A stretch of DNA of 64,000 nucleotides, taken from the NCBI GenBank assembly GCA_000146045.2, contig BK006936.2, positions 160,001 to 224,000 on the forward strand, given 5' to 3'. The position numbers and the translations under genes were made by a program. The DNA is from TPA_inf: Saccharomyces (lineage: Eukaryota). The first letter of the stretch is position 1, and every line of letters begins with the position of its first letter. Of this stretch, positions 11,039-22,400 are shown in pieces. The notes below the pieces were generated by a model. The model did not search any database. It had not been told where the DNA came from and saw only the letters and a program-made list of their open reading frames with translations.

Positions 11039-11480
11039 GAATTATGCAGTCTATCCTCATGGCATTTTTTCTCATTAGTTTTTTACACGAGTATCATTTT
11101 AGGATATTGAGATTATATGTATATGTATATATGTAGGCCATAAGATGATTCAACGGTTTGTATTAATTATCCGGTTCCGAGCGTTAGGAGAAATAACTTG
11201 GTGTGATATCTGTCAAGTGGTCATCCAAAATTTTTTTGGCCAGAGCGTAAGCTACGTAGACTGATGAGGAATTCTTTTTTTTTGCCCCATTTTATCCCAA
11301 GAAATTCATTATGAGGTTTTGTTTTGTTTTACTAAATGCGCTTGATGGAAAAGCGAATGTCATGAAATGCAGATCAACACTCCAATAAAAAAGTAAATGT
11401 TTTTAAAGAAGTATATCACGCTACAAAAATTCATAAGCACTATATTTCGAACGTTAACCTAAATCTCTCCCACTAAGAAA

Positions 11481-11918
11481 ATGGATAGAAATGTATATGA
11501 AGCCTGCAGCAATATAATTAAGGAATTTGGAACACATGTAGTGAGCGCCGATGAAGTACTCGCAGAAAAAATAGATAATGCTGTTCCTATACCGTTCAAA
11601 ACAAGGGAGGAGATAGATGCCGACGTGGAAAAAGATAGAAACGAAGGAGTTTTCGAAGGTAATATCATTCCTGATATCGACCTACGTGTAGTACACTACT
11701 ACGCCACGCAGTTGTGTCTAAATAAGTATCCTCATTTGATTAACGCCTTTGATGAGACAAGCCTTATAACATTGGGTTTACTCATCGAAAAGTGGGTAAA
11801 AGACTATCTAACCAGCATCCAGACAGAACAGGGAAGGCAAAGTAAGGTAATCGGGAAGGGGCCATGCGAATTCATATCAAAACATATTGATTATAGGCAT
11901 GCGCCAGGTAATATCTGA
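11481..11918 (+). CDS. RRN10: RNA polymerase I upstream activating factor subunit (YBL025W), 145 aa
   Basis: 145-aa ORF at the expected position between LSM2 and NCL1. Identified from memory of the sequence and locus order. Confidence 0.8.
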   Translation: MDRNVYEACSNIIKEFGTHVVSADEVLAEKIDNAVPIPFKTREEIDADVEKDRNEGVFEGNIIPDIDLRVVHYYATQLCLNKYPHLINAFDETSLITLGLLIEKWVKDYLTSIQTEQGRQSKVIGKGPCEFISKHIDYRHAPGNI

Positions 11919-12533
11919 ATGTAGCAAAAACCTGGCTTTTGCGGCTGGGGAGGATGGAAGGCTTTTGTAGGCTATTATCTACTCGAGGAAGGAACGTTAG
12001 AATATCTCCATTTTTCACGCAAAATGTGGTTCTGAGTTAATGCGTGTGCTGAAGCATAACATGAGTTATTCCCTGTATGTATGTACAGTATTTCAATTTC
12101 GCAGACCGTGGGTTACATATGTGAGCGATTAGGAAGTAGTGAAGTAATTATGGCAAGTCTAGAGGTCCGGCTGATCCCTTGCGGTGCTGAAGTAACGAAA
12201 CCGCGCGCATATCTTTTGGAAGAGATTAATTTGCACTGAATTTTCAAACTTAATTAGCGAGAAGAAGTAGATGCATTTCAATTATGCCAAAAGCAGTATT
12301 TATTACTTCTTATAGAATATAGTATCACTTACGCTCATTTAGTGTACCCACTTACGTATTAAATGACGTACTTTTTTTTTGTCCTCTTCTGTAGCTTTTT
12401 TTCACTTTGAAAAATTTAGCGCTGAGTTCTTCCAAAGACGTCAAATCACCTACTATAGTTAAAAACATATTACTTATACTAGTTCTAACACTTCCTTTTA
12501 TCTACACTGTAATCCGAAGAATACACTATAAGG

Positions 12534-14588
12534 ATGGCTAGAAGAAAGAATTTCAAAAAAGGGAACAAGAAGACTTTTGGTGCTCGTGATGACTCGAGAG
12601 CTCAAAAAAACTGGTCTGAACTGGTAAAGGAAAATGAAAAATGGGAAAAATACTATAAGACTTTAGCTCTTTTCCCAGAAGATCAATGGGAAGAATTTAA
12701 AAAGACATGTCAAGCTCCACTTCCTCTAACTTTTAGAATTACAGGTTCTAGAAAGCATGCCGGTGAGGTCCTGAATTTGTTTAAAGAAAGACATCTACCA
12801 AACTTGACTAATGTTGAGTTTGAAGGTGAGAAGATTAAGGCCCCTGTAGAATTACCTTGGTATCCAGACCATCTTGCTTGGCAATTGGACGTTCCTAAGA
12901 CGGTTATTAGAAAGAATGAACAATTCGCAAAAACTCAGAGATTTTTAGTTGTTGAAAATGCCGTTGGTAATATCTCAAGACAAGAAGCCGTTTCAATGAT
13001 TCCTCCAATCGTTCTAGAAGTAAAACCTCATCACACTGTTTTAGATATGTGTGCTGCTCCTGGCTCCAAAACTGCTCAATTAATCGAAGCCTTGCACAAG
13101 GATACAGATGAACCATCTGGTTTCGTTGTAGCTAATGATGCCGATGCCAGAAGATCTCATATGTTGGTTCACCAATTGAAGAGATTGAACAGTGCCAACT
13201 TGATGGTTGTCAACCATGACGCCCAATTCTTCCCACGTATCAGATTACATGGCAACTCAAATAACAAGAATGATGTTTTAAAATTTGACAGAATCCTGTG
13301 TGACGTTCCATGTTCTGGTGATGGTACCATGAGGAAAAATGTTAATGTTTGGAAAGACTGGAACACACAAGCAGGTCTTGGTTTGCATGCTGTTCAGCTG
13401 AATATATTAAACAGGGGTTTGCATCTTCTAAAGAACAACGGTAGATTGGTTTACTCAACCTGTTCTTTAAATCCTATTGAAAATGAAGCGGTTGTTGCCG
13501 AAGCGTTAAGAAAGTGGGGTGACAAGATTAGATTAGTTAACTGTGATGATAAGCTTCCTGGCCTAATAAGATCCAAGGGTGTATCCAAATGGCCTGTCTA
13601 TGACAGAAATTTGACTGAGAAAACCAAAGGAGACGAAGGTACACTAGATAGTTTCTTTTCACCATCTGAAGAAGAGGCATCGAAATTCAATTTACAAAAT
13701 TGTATGAGGGTTTATCCTCACCAACAAAACACAGGCGGATTTTTCATTACTGTTTTCGAAAAAGTCGAAGATAGCACTGAGGCGGCTACAGAGAAACTAT
13801 CTTCTGAAACCCCAGCTCTAGAGTCTGAAGGACCTCAAACAAAGAAAATAAAGGTAGAAGAAGTCCAAAAGAAAGAAAGACTACCACGTGACGCGAACGA
13901 AGAGCCTTTTGTTTTCGTTGATCCACAGCACGAAGCTTTAAAAGTTTGTTGGGATTTCTACGGCATCGATAATATTTTCGACAGAAACACTTGTTTAGTG
14001 CGTAACGCCACTGGTGAACCAACAAGAGTGGTTTACACTGTGTGTCCAGCATTGAAGGATGTTATTCAAGCGAATGACGATAGGTTGAAGATTATTTATT
14101 CTGGTGTAAAATTGTTTGTCTCTCAAAGAAGTGATATCGAATGTTCATGGAGAATCCAAAGTGAATCATTGCCAATAATGAAACACCATATGAAATCTAA
14201 TAGAATTGTTGAAGCTAATTTAGAGATGTTAAAACACTTGTTAATCGAATCTTTCCCTAACTTTGACGACATTCGTTCGAAGAACATCGATAATGATTTT
14301 GTTGAAAAGATGACAAAATTAAGCTCTGGTTGCGCCTTTATTGATGTGTCAAGAAATGACCCTGCCAAAGAAAACTTATTCTTGCCTGTGTGGAAAGGCA
14401 ACAAGTGTATCAATTTGATGGTTTGTAAAGAAGATACTCATGAGCTATTATATAGGATCTTTGGTATTGATGCGAATGCCAAGGCTACTCCAAGCGCTGA
14501 AGAAAAAGAAAAAGAAAAAGAAACGACTGAATCTCCCGCAGAAACTACTACCGGAACCTCTACTGAAGCTCCTAGCGCTGCTAATTGA
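12534..14588 (+). CDS. NCL1: tRNA (cytosine-5)-methyltransferase, NOL1/NOP2/Sun family (YBL024W), 684 aa
   Basis: SAM-binding motif DMCAAPGSKT. Catalytic-Cys motifs DVPCSGDG and TCS. 684 aa. Confidence 0.93.
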   Translation: MARRKNFKKGNKKTFGARDDSRAQKNWSELVKENEKWEKYYKTLALFPEDQWEEFKKTCQAPLPLTFRITGSRKHAGEVLNLFKERHLPNLTNVEFEGEKIKAPVELPWYPDHLAWQLDVPKTVIRKNEQFAKTQRFLVVENAVGNISRQEAVSMIPPIVLEVKPHHTVLDMCAAPGSKTAQLIEALHKDTDEPSGFVVANDADARRSHMLVHQLKRLNSANLMVVNHDAQFFPRIRLHGNSNNKNDVLKFDRILCDVPCSGDGTMRKNVNVWKDWNTQAGLGLHAVQLNILNRGLHLLKNNGRLVYSTCSLNPIENEAVVAEALRKWGDKIRLVNCDDKLPGLIRSKGVSKWPVYDRNLTEKTKGDEGTLDSFFSPSEEEASKFNLQNCMRVYPHQQNTGGFFITVFEKVEDSTEAATEKLSSETPALESEGPQTKKIKVEEVQKKERLPRDANEEPFVFVDPQHEALKVCWDFYGIDNIFDRNTCLVRNATGEPTRVVYTVCPALKDVIQANDDRLKIIYSGVKLFVSQRSDIECSWRIQSESLPIMKHHMKSNRIVEANLEMLKHLLIESFPNFDDIRSKNIDNDFVEKMTKLSSGCAFIDVSRNDPAKENLFLPVWKGNKCINLMVCKEDTHELLYRIFGIDANAKATPSAEEKEKEKETTESPAETTTGTSTEAPSAAN

Positions 14589-14919
14589 TAGTTATCATGT
14601 TTCTTATCCCCTCCACTGTAAAGTAAATGTATATTATTAAAAGGCAAAAATAAGAATATAATACTTCAGTAATGAGCCTTTTTTATTCGGTCTTGTTACT
14701 TCTTTTTTACTTCATTTTTTTTTTTTTTTTTGGATAGTAAATAATGCACTTTTGACTAGATCTTGAGTATTTAGTTGAATTGAAATTAAAGATACAGTGT
14801 ATAAAAATTATACAAAAAATAAAGGAAACTTGTATATTGAAAATAGGATTGCCAATACATGGATTGAGACAGAGAATTTTTTATCTTCATATCCAGATAT
14901 TCGTAGGAATAACAAAGTT

Positions 14920-17526
14920 TTAGTGACCCAAGGTATAAATTGCGAAAGACCTGCGGAGTTGGCGGCGAACACTGACTTTTTGGGCATCAACAAAGGAATC
15001 AACTACAACTTTGATAGCTCTATCCAAATCATAAGAAGACACAAATTCAGATAATCTCATTTTAGCAAAAGATTCTGCAATTCTTAGAATAGATTCTAAA
15101 TGACGAACTGTGATTGGAAACGAACCTGTAGAAATACTTTCTCTTCTCAAATCCGCATATACCCTGCTAACCTTATCCATATCCATCTGATGCAATTTAG
15201 GGTATATTTTTGTCCTCGCATAGTGAATATATTTCATCAATAATTCCTGTGGAATAGGCGAGATCTCTTCCTCCTTCTTCCTTTGTCTTTGAAGTCTTCT
15301 TTGCCTTGCATTAAGCTGCTCATTTATTTCATCTTCTCCTTGTTCTATCGCCGATTCGCCATTATTTTTAAGCTCTTCGCCTTCTCGATCTTCATCGTTT
15401 TCTGGATGAGATCTTACATGAGAATCGACAACAAATGTGGCCAATCTTTCGTCTGCCTCTTCATCAACAAGGTCTCTGACAACACATAAAATATCAAATC
15501 TAGACAGAATAGGCTCGGTCAAACTAACATTCTGAGCTAAAGGCAAGGTTGAATTATATCTACCACCATTAGGATTTGCCGCAGCAATAATTGAGCAGCG
15601 CGCTTGTAATGTAGTAACAATACCGGCCTTGGAAATGGAAATACTTTGCTGTTCCATAGCCTCATGAATAGATGTACGATCCTGATCGTTCATCTTATCG
15701 AATTCATCAATTAAACAAACACCCTTATCAGCCAATACTAGCGCCCCCCCTTCTAAGGTCCATTCTTTAGTAATAGGATCTTTTCTGACGGATGCTGTCA
15801 GACCGACAGCCGAAGCACCCTGACCAGTTGCAAAGACCGCTCTATGCGCTGTTTTCTCGACGTATTTTAAGATTTGAGATTTGGCAGTACCTGGATCACC
15901 TAATAATAACACATTGATATCACCACGAATAGAATGTTTTCCATTGACGTTTTTTGGAACACCTCCAAATAATGAGCACGCGACTGCAGTTTTAATATCT
16001 CTATGACCATAGATAGACGGTGCCATCGATGATATAATTTTATCAATTATACCACGATCCCTAGAAATCTTTCTAAATTCACGTTCTTCTTCTTCAGTCC
16101 AACTGAAAACATCCAACCCTTCTTCGCCTTCGTTAGCTGTATTGCCCTCTCTTCTTTTTATAGAATTTGCCTCGATAATTGTTGCAAAAACGGGGAATCC
16201 GTTCTTTGCATTCAAGTTACCATCGTAGTTATTTTTGTAGATGCCGGTAACTTCTACCTCTTCACCTGGCTTGGATACATCTACCAAATCCGCCAACAAA
16301 ATGACTTCTCTATGTCTTGGTAGACGGCCTGGAGGAACGGTTCCGGGAGCTTCCTGGAGCGTAACCCTTTGATAATTTCGGTACACAGTTTTTTCTCCAT
16401 TGACTCTAAAGGGACCTTTTGATTTGCAGTTTGTACAGAATGAGATTCTAATTTCTTCATTAGAATCTTGAAAAAATGGGCCCAAAATGGAGCCACATTT
16501 CAAACAATTGAATTTGACATATTTTAATTGAGGGAAGACTCCTGTTCTTCTTGTCACCACCCCAGTGACGCGTACTAGAGAGGACAAATTAGACTCACGC
16601 AATTCACGTAAACTGTATATTGTTGGAAAATCAGAGATTCTTACGTGAATTTCGGAGTGAATACGGGCATAATCTGGGTAATGCAATTCTGTTGCCTCCA
16701 TAGCCACGAGATCGAATATTTTCAACATTTCTTCTGGACATTTAGCTAAAAATAGTGCCAGGATGGCTTTGGACTCCGCTAAGTGTCTATAATTAACCTC
16801 CAAAGATTCAGAATTCATTTCACCTAATGTTCTAATACGTGCACCATATACAGAACGACCCGTTTCATCTGTATATTCCAGCAGGAATGATTTTAACTCT
16901 CTGGCAATAGTTCTTGAGACATTAGGTTGTGTTATCCATTCCGAGTAACTGTTAGCCTTAACGTTACTCAGAGATTCTAAAGTAAGTTCTTCTCTTAATG
17001 GGTCAATGTCCATGTCACTCAATAGATCGTCATCACTATTCTCTAAGTCCTCATACTGCCTTCTCCTTCTTCGTCTTTGCACAGGAAGGCCCATTTCATC
17101 AAGTTGCGCTGCACCTTCTTGTTCTTCGTCCTCGTCATCTATGTAGGCAACATTTCTCAATAGCCTATCTCTTTCATTTAGTTGAGCATCAATGCGGCGA
17201 CGTTCGCTTAAAGATAGTTCTTGTTGTTCCCTGTCGTCAACTTGATCTGGATCATATCTATCTCTATTATGATCAGCCGCATAATCCTCATACATATTAT
17301 CGTCCATCAAATCTACTTCGTTCATTTGTTCTTCAACTTCATCAATATCTGGTACATCGTCAACTTCATTATCGTCACCTTCAGGGTTAATCATATCTGG
17401 AGAACCAATAGGTGATGAAACTGGGTTCATCCCCCCTCTAAAATGTTGCTGAGGTGAGGATGGCGGTAGCTCATTTTCTGAGTCCGAATCATCTTCCTCA
17501 CGTCTACGTCTTCTATTATCAGACAT
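14920..17526 (-). CDS. MCM2: MCM2 replicative helicase subunit (YBL023C), 868 aa
   Basis: Walker A GDPGTAKS, MCM box IDEFDKM, Zn-finger CLKCGS...CTNCKS, and an acidic N-terminus. The track ORF has an extra upstream Met; the known start is MSDNRRRRREEDD. Confidence 0.95.
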   Translation of the reverse strand: MSDNRRRRREEDDSDSENELPPSSPQQHFRGGMNPVSSPIGSPDMINPEGDDNEVDDVPDIDEVEEQMNEVDLMDDNMYEDYAADHNRDRYDPDQVDDREQQELSLSERRRIDAQLNERDRLLRNVAYIDDEDEEQEGAAQLDEMGLPVQRRRRRRQYEDLENSDDDLLSDMDIDPLREELTLESLSNVKANSYSEWITQPNVSRTIARELKSFLLEYTDETGRSVYGARIRTLGEMNSESLEVNYRHLAESKAILALFLAKCPEEMLKIFDLVAMEATELHYPDYARIHSEIHVRISDFPTIYSLRELRESNLSSLVRVTGVVTRRTGVFPQLKYVKFNCLKCGSILGPFFQDSNEEIRISFCTNCKSKGPFRVNGEKTVYRNYQRVTLQEAPGTVPPGRLPRHREVILLADLVDVSKPGEEVEVTGIYKNNYDGNLNAKNGFPVFATIIEANSIKRREGNTANEGEEGLDVFSWTEEEEREFRKISRDRGIIDKIISSMAPSIYGHRDIKTAVACSLFGGVPKNVNGKHSIRGDINVLLLGDPGTAKSQILKYVEKTAHRAVFATGQGASAVGLTASVRKDPITKEWTLEGGALVLADKGVCLIDEFDKMNDQDRTSIHEAMEQQSISISKAGIVTTLQARCSIIAAANPNGGRYNSTLPLAQNVSLTEPILSRFDILCVVRDLVDEEADERLATFVVDSHVRSHPENDEDREGEELKNNGESAIEQGEDEINEQLNARQRRLQRQRKKEEEISPIPQELLMKYIHYARTKIYPKLHQMDMDKVSRVYADLRRESISTGSFPITVRHLESILRIAESFAKMRLSEFVSSYDLDRAIKVVVDSFVDAQKVSVRRQLRRSFAIYTLGH

Positions 17527-17873
17527 CACTTATATTGTAGTTGTGTTATACTTCTTAGAAAAGAGGCAAAGAGGTGTGTGGAGTATTATTAAGTAAACTG
17601 TACCAAAATGTGTAGATTATAGGATATTCACCATTTACTTTCTGGTTTCGTTTCTCGAAATTTTTCGTTGTCCTATTTTCTTCGGTAAGTAATTAGATTT
17701 CCTAAAAAAGGCATATGATAAATAATATTACACGCGATTCCGCCATCTTGGGTTTCCCACATACATACTTCACGAAGAAAAGAAAGAATTTAGTATTGTG
17801 TAATAAAATTGATGTTTATGTTTAAATATTTACAGAATGTTTAAACAGGTATTTAATCCATTTAGATGAAAAG

Positions 17874-20800
17874 TTAGTCCTTTTCCTTTTTAGCATCCAA
17901 AATCTCAAATTCAGCCTTCCATACTGAATTACCTTCTTTCGTATTCACATCCTTGAATAATTTTTGGAATATATCATTATACCAATCAGCAGCTAAAGGT
18001 TCCAACCCTTCCTTTACATTGTCTGGAAGTTCCTCCCAATCATTTAAGTTATCTTTAGGGAAAATAATAGTCTTGGCACCAGATCTTTTAGCGGCCACAG
18101 CTTTTTCTCTCAACCCACCGATACGTAAAACTTTACCGGTAAGTGTCAATTCACCGGTCATCGCAACCGTTGGGTCAATCGACTTATTCAATGCTAGGGA
18201 AAGGAAGGAAGTGGCCATAGTGACACCTGCAGATGGACCATCTTTAGGGGTAGCACCTTCAGGACAATGCAAGTGGATAGACGCCTTTTCAAAAAATCTG
18301 TTCTCAGGGAATTTTTGTGCTAAATACATCTTGGCGAATGAATAAGCAAGCCTTGATGATTCCTTCATAACATCTCCCAGTTGCCCGGTCCTTTCAAATG
18401 TTGGATGCTTGCAGTTGTGTAAAGGTTGTTCAAGGACAGATTCTACATAAAGTGAGCAACCTCCCATATTAGTCCACGCCAACCCCATAACTACCCCTGG
18501 TGGAGTTGTTTCGTATAACCGGTCTGTAGTGTAGACTGGAGGCCCAACGTAATCTTTTAGGTTTTTCTGGGATATGGAAACATTGATCTTTTCAGAGGTC
18601 TTTAAGGCTTCAATGTCATCGCTTGTCTTTTCCGAATTATTGTCCTTAGTCTTCTCCGATGAGCTTTTGGCGTTATTTTCCGCCTTTTCTTCGGAAGAAA
18701 CGCTTTCTTTAGGCTTGCTGTCGGCTGATGACGTTGGGGAATCTTCAATACTCAACTTCTTTACCACTTGTAGGGCTGCTTTACGGTATATTTTCTCGAT
18801 GTGTTTTTTCAAATTCCTTACACCACTTTCTCTACAGTAGTACTTCATTAACGCTGTTATTGCATCTTCTGTCATATCAACATGAGAGTTTTCTAGACCA
18901 GCGCTTTTCTTGGCACTTGGAACTAAATACTGCTCGGCAATCTTAACCTTGTCTTCAGCAACATATCCTGTCAACTCAATGACTTCCATACGATCCAGTA
19001 AAGGTCTTGGAATAGTTTCCAAAGAGTTAGCAGTGCAAACGAAAAGCACTTTTGATAAGTCAATAGGAATATCCAAGTAGTTATCCAAGAAGCTGTTGTT
19101 TTGTTCAGGGTCCAATACTTCTAACAATGCCGCGGACGGATCGCCGTGTATGCCGCCGTGTCCAATCTTATCGATTTCATCTATCAAAATCAAAGGATTT
19201 TGAGTTTGGCACTTCTTTAATGCTTGAACTACTCTGCCAGGTAAGGCACCAATATACGTTCTCCTATGACCTTTTATTTCTGCCACGTCCGTCATACCGC
19301 CTACAGAAAATCGGAAGAATTTCCTGTTAAGAGCTCTAGCGATAGATTTACCTATGGACGTTTTACCAACACCTGGGGGTCCTACGAAACATATGATTTT
19401 ACCATCGACTTTACCCAATAGTTTACCGACGGCAATAAACTCCAAGATACGATCCTTGACATCTACCATACCATAATGATCTTCATCTAAAATTTTCTTT
19501 GCTCTCGGAATGGAATACTGTTCTTTGGAATGTTTTCCCCATGGGATCGATGTTAACCAATCCAAATAGTTTCTGATAACGCCAAATTCGGACATAGAAG
19601 TCTCCAAGGTACTTAATTTAGTTATCTCATCATCGAAAATTTTTTGAACGCTATCAGGCAATTTTAATGACTTGATTCTTTCTTTATAAGTGTCAATCAA
19701 TTTGTCACGGCCGTCGTCAATACCTAATTCTCTTTTGATGCCCTTTAATTGTTCCATCAAATAGTATTCTCTTTGTCTCTTTTGAATCTTTGTCTCTACA
19801 TCTTTGGAGATTTTGTTCTGTAATTCGGCATTCATCAATTCTTTCTTAAGGACTAGTAGCGACTTTTCTAGTCTGTGCTCAATGTTTAAAGATGACAGTA
19901 TGTCTTGTAATTCGTCTTCTTCGCCGGCAGAAACAGCAGCGGCAAAATCTGCCAATCTAGCTGGTTCCTCAAAAATGTTCGTGGTCGCAGATTGAATTGA
20001 AGCAGAAAAAGTTGCAATTTGTTCTCTGAACATCGTGTTCAATTGAGAAATTTCTTTAAATACCTTCAATATTTCTGATGTTAGCGCATTAATAACGGGT
20101 GACTTTCTATCAAACGGTTCATCTTCTAAATTCAACACATTGACAAGGGAAACATTATAATTTTTTAAGAATTCTGTGGGGTTAATGTCCTCACCTTCTT
20201 GAATATCGTCTAATTCTTCAGACTCTTCTTCAGTGGCTTCTACTCTCTTATGATGTTGCAATTCTGAGTCTGGTATCCTCTCCACCACAATATCCTCCAA
20301 CTTAGGCGTAGCAGGGCTGGTGCTTTCTTGGTCTTCTGGGTTGTTAGCGTCTTCAACGACGGTCGTTTCAGTATCCGTATCCTTTGCTTGTTCTTTTGAT
20401 TTTTCCTTTTCCTCGTTTGGTGGAAATAATTCATCAATTTTTATTCTCCTGTGAGGATATAAAAGAGCAGTCATTGTTTCAGTGCCCGTCTTTTCGTCTT
20501 TACTCGGGAAAGCGCTAGTTATTTGAGCCAGAACACCAACATCGTATACATCATTTTTATCTGTGATTACATCAGTATCTTCTTCCGAGTTCTTCAACAT
20601 GAAAGCGCCAATGTAGGGTTGCTGGCGGTCTAACATTTCCTTGATTGCCTTCATAACTCTTTCGTCCGATATCACAACCGCCTTGTAGAACCCTGGAAAT
20701 AAGGGCCGTCTGGCTATTGGTAATGCTAGCATTTGCGGGTATACTTCTGGTACATCCTTTGGAGGCTTTTGTTTCGAACTTCCATCTCCAGAATCCGATC

Positions 20801-21275
20801 GACTGGATGATGACTGTCCACCTCCAGAAGCGGAGCTTCTGGAGTTTTTCGAAGCTTCACCTTCTTGGTCCTTATTAACAATTTCATCATCTCGCGTGGG
20901 CTCAACATCATTGTCTGTATCTTTTTCATCAGGTACTATCTTGACATCTTCATCCTTTTTCTGAGATGTACTATCATCTTTCGCCAGAATACTTTTGCCG
21001 CTGTTTGTAGCCATGAAATGCCGAGCAAACTGTGCATCAAGTTGTGCAAAGTGTTCCATGTACCTTGGATCCTTCAATTGATGCTGGAACTCTTGCCATG
21101 TTGGACTCTTAATAATATGGCTAGGTTTGATATTCTCTACGTCACGCACGGTCAAGGTCGATGCGAACCTTCTTTGAGAAACTGCAGCAGTCTTAGCGAT
21201 AGATCGGTAATATTGGATAGCTCTTGTGGTCCTCGCCACTGTGCTAAGGGTCTTTGTGGTTCTTGTTCTTAGCAT
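17874..21275 (-). CDS. PIM1: Mitochondrial Lon protease (YBL022C), 1133 aa
   Basis: AAA+ Walker A GPPGVGKTS and the Lon catalytic serine motif PKDGPSAGV. Mitochondrial presequence-like N-terminus. Confidence 0.96.
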   Translation of the reverse strand: MLRTRTTKTLSTVARTTRAIQYYRSIAKTAAVSQRRFASTLTVRDVENIKPSHIIKSPTWQEFQHQLKDPRYMEHFAQLDAQFARHFMATNSGKSILAKDDSTSQKKDEDVKIVPDEKDTDNDVEPTRDDEIVNKDQEGEASKNSRSSASGGGQSSSSRSDSGDGSSKQKPPKDVPEVYPQMLALPIARRPLFPGFYKAVVISDERVMKAIKEMLDRQQPYIGAFMLKNSEEDTDVITDKNDVYDVGVLAQITSAFPSKDEKTGTETMTALLYPHRRIKIDELFPPNEEKEKSKEQAKDTDTETTVVEDANNPEDQESTSPATPKLEDIVVERIPDSELQHHKRVEATEEESEELDDIQEGEDINPTEFLKNYNVSLVNVLNLEDEPFDRKSPVINALTSEILKVFKEISQLNTMFREQIATFSASIQSATTNIFEEPARLADFAAAVSAGEEDELQDILSSLNIEHRLEKSLLVLKKELMNAELQNKISKDVETKIQKRQREYYLMEQLKGIKRELGIDDGRDKLIDTYKERIKSLKLPDSVQKIFDDEITKLSTLETSMSEFGVIRNYLDWLTSIPWGKHSKEQYSIPRAKKILDEDHYGMVDVKDRILEFIAVGKLLGKVDGKIICFVGPPGVGKTSIGKSIARALNRKFFRFSVGGMTDVAEIKGHRRTYIGALPGRVVQALKKCQTQNPLILIDEIDKIGHGGIHGDPSAALLEVLDPEQNNSFLDNYLDIPIDLSKVLFVCTANSLETIPRPLLDRMEVIELTGYVAEDKVKIAEQYLVPSAKKSAGLENSHVDMTEDAITALMKYYCRESGVRNLKKHIEKIYRKAALQVVKKLSIEDSPTSSADSKPKESVSSEEKAENNAKSSSEKTKDNNSEKTSDDIEALKTSEKINVSISQKNLKDYVGPPVYTTDRLYETTPPGVVMGLAWTNMGGCSLYVESVLEQPLHNCKHPTFERTGQLGDVMKESSRLAYSFAKMYLAQKFPENRFFEKASIHLHCPEGATPKDGPSAGVTMATSFLSLALNKSIDPTVAMTGELTLTGKVLRIGGLREKAVAAKRSGAKTIIFPKDNLNDWEELPDNVKEGLEPLAADWYNDIFQKLFKDVNTKEGNSVWKAEFEILDAKKEKD

Positions 21276-21659
21276 GCTCTATTTGCAAATCTTTTCGTTC
21301 AAGCACCTCGAAAACCAAAAGAAAAAACAACTAAACTTTGAAACAGCTGCAAATGCACACTGTATTATCAGGTTTTAGGTGTCCTAGTAACCGTATCAGC
21401 TTGTCGTTGCTGCAATACCAATGCAAAAGCATGGCTAAAAGACTTCGTCTGACTTATTTCCTTCCGGTGGCAAACATCATACACCCTTTACAAAGCACCC
21501 ATACATTACATTGAATACATTACACACTAACAATAAAATATTATCTATATCGTTACATTCATTAATTACACGAGAACCAACGACCAGCAGGAAATAGCCC
21601 CGTGCTATTCCATCCTGACAGCTAGCAACTTTTGCGATCTACCACCTGGTTTTGTCTTC

Positions 21660-22094
21660 TCAAGGCACCTCTTCGTCGTCCTGCTCATACATTAGTTGAT
21701 TCTTCAGCGCCTGTTGTTGCCTGTATTTAGCCAAGTAGATTTTCAACACCTCTGCATAGTTCTCGAATCCTAAGGCGTGCAATGATATGAGAATGTCTTC
21801 CCCGTTTATCGTCTTTCTTTTGTCAGCAGCGCATCGATCGCTGGCCTCGCTAGTCACAAAAGAAATGAGCTCACTGACACACTCCTGCATGCACTCTTTC
21901 GCATCTTTCGATACCTTAGCACTCGGTGGGAGAGTATTCTTCATGAGTCGCGCTACATTGTTGATGGGTAGCCATCTGTCCTGCTCTCTTAGCGTGGAAA
22001 TTTGCTGCAAACTGCCGCTGGAGCTAGCGTTTCCACCGTTCTCCTGAGTATCCTCTGGGCTTGTGCTAACATGTTCGGACTCGTTGGTATTCAT
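21660..22094 (-). CDS. HAP3: CCAAT-binding complex subunit, histone-fold NF-YB homolog (YBL021C), 144 aa
   Basis: Histone-fold core [15 protein letters not shown]...[18 protein letters not shown], typical of NF-YB/HAP3. Confidence 0.95.
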
Positions 22095-22400
22095 ATTCTC
22101 GAGAGGTTTGTGCCACTTGTGTTACTATCTAGCTTAGTCCTGCTCTTGAGTTTGATTGGCGGAAAGCTACTATTCGCAGCTCTTTTTTTACTTAGTCTGA
22201 AAGAGCGGACCAAAAAACGCACGTAGCGCGATATTGTCGTGGCATCGAACGTAATATGGTACTTCTATTGTGCTATATTTTGGCAGAAGGTTTGCAGTAA
22301 TCGCAGCCTGGAGAAGACAATGCGTATTAGTAGCAGTAAAGGGCCACAGATAGGGTGATTTGAAGTTGATTCTGCTTTTGTCAGTGAAGGAAAAGAAAAA

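Noticed and set aside
17690-17720. Mcm1/ECB-like CCTAAAAAAGG upstream of MCM2
   Set aside because: The spacer between CC and GG is 7 nt, not the 6 nt of CC(W)6GG, so it is not a canonical Mcm1 site.
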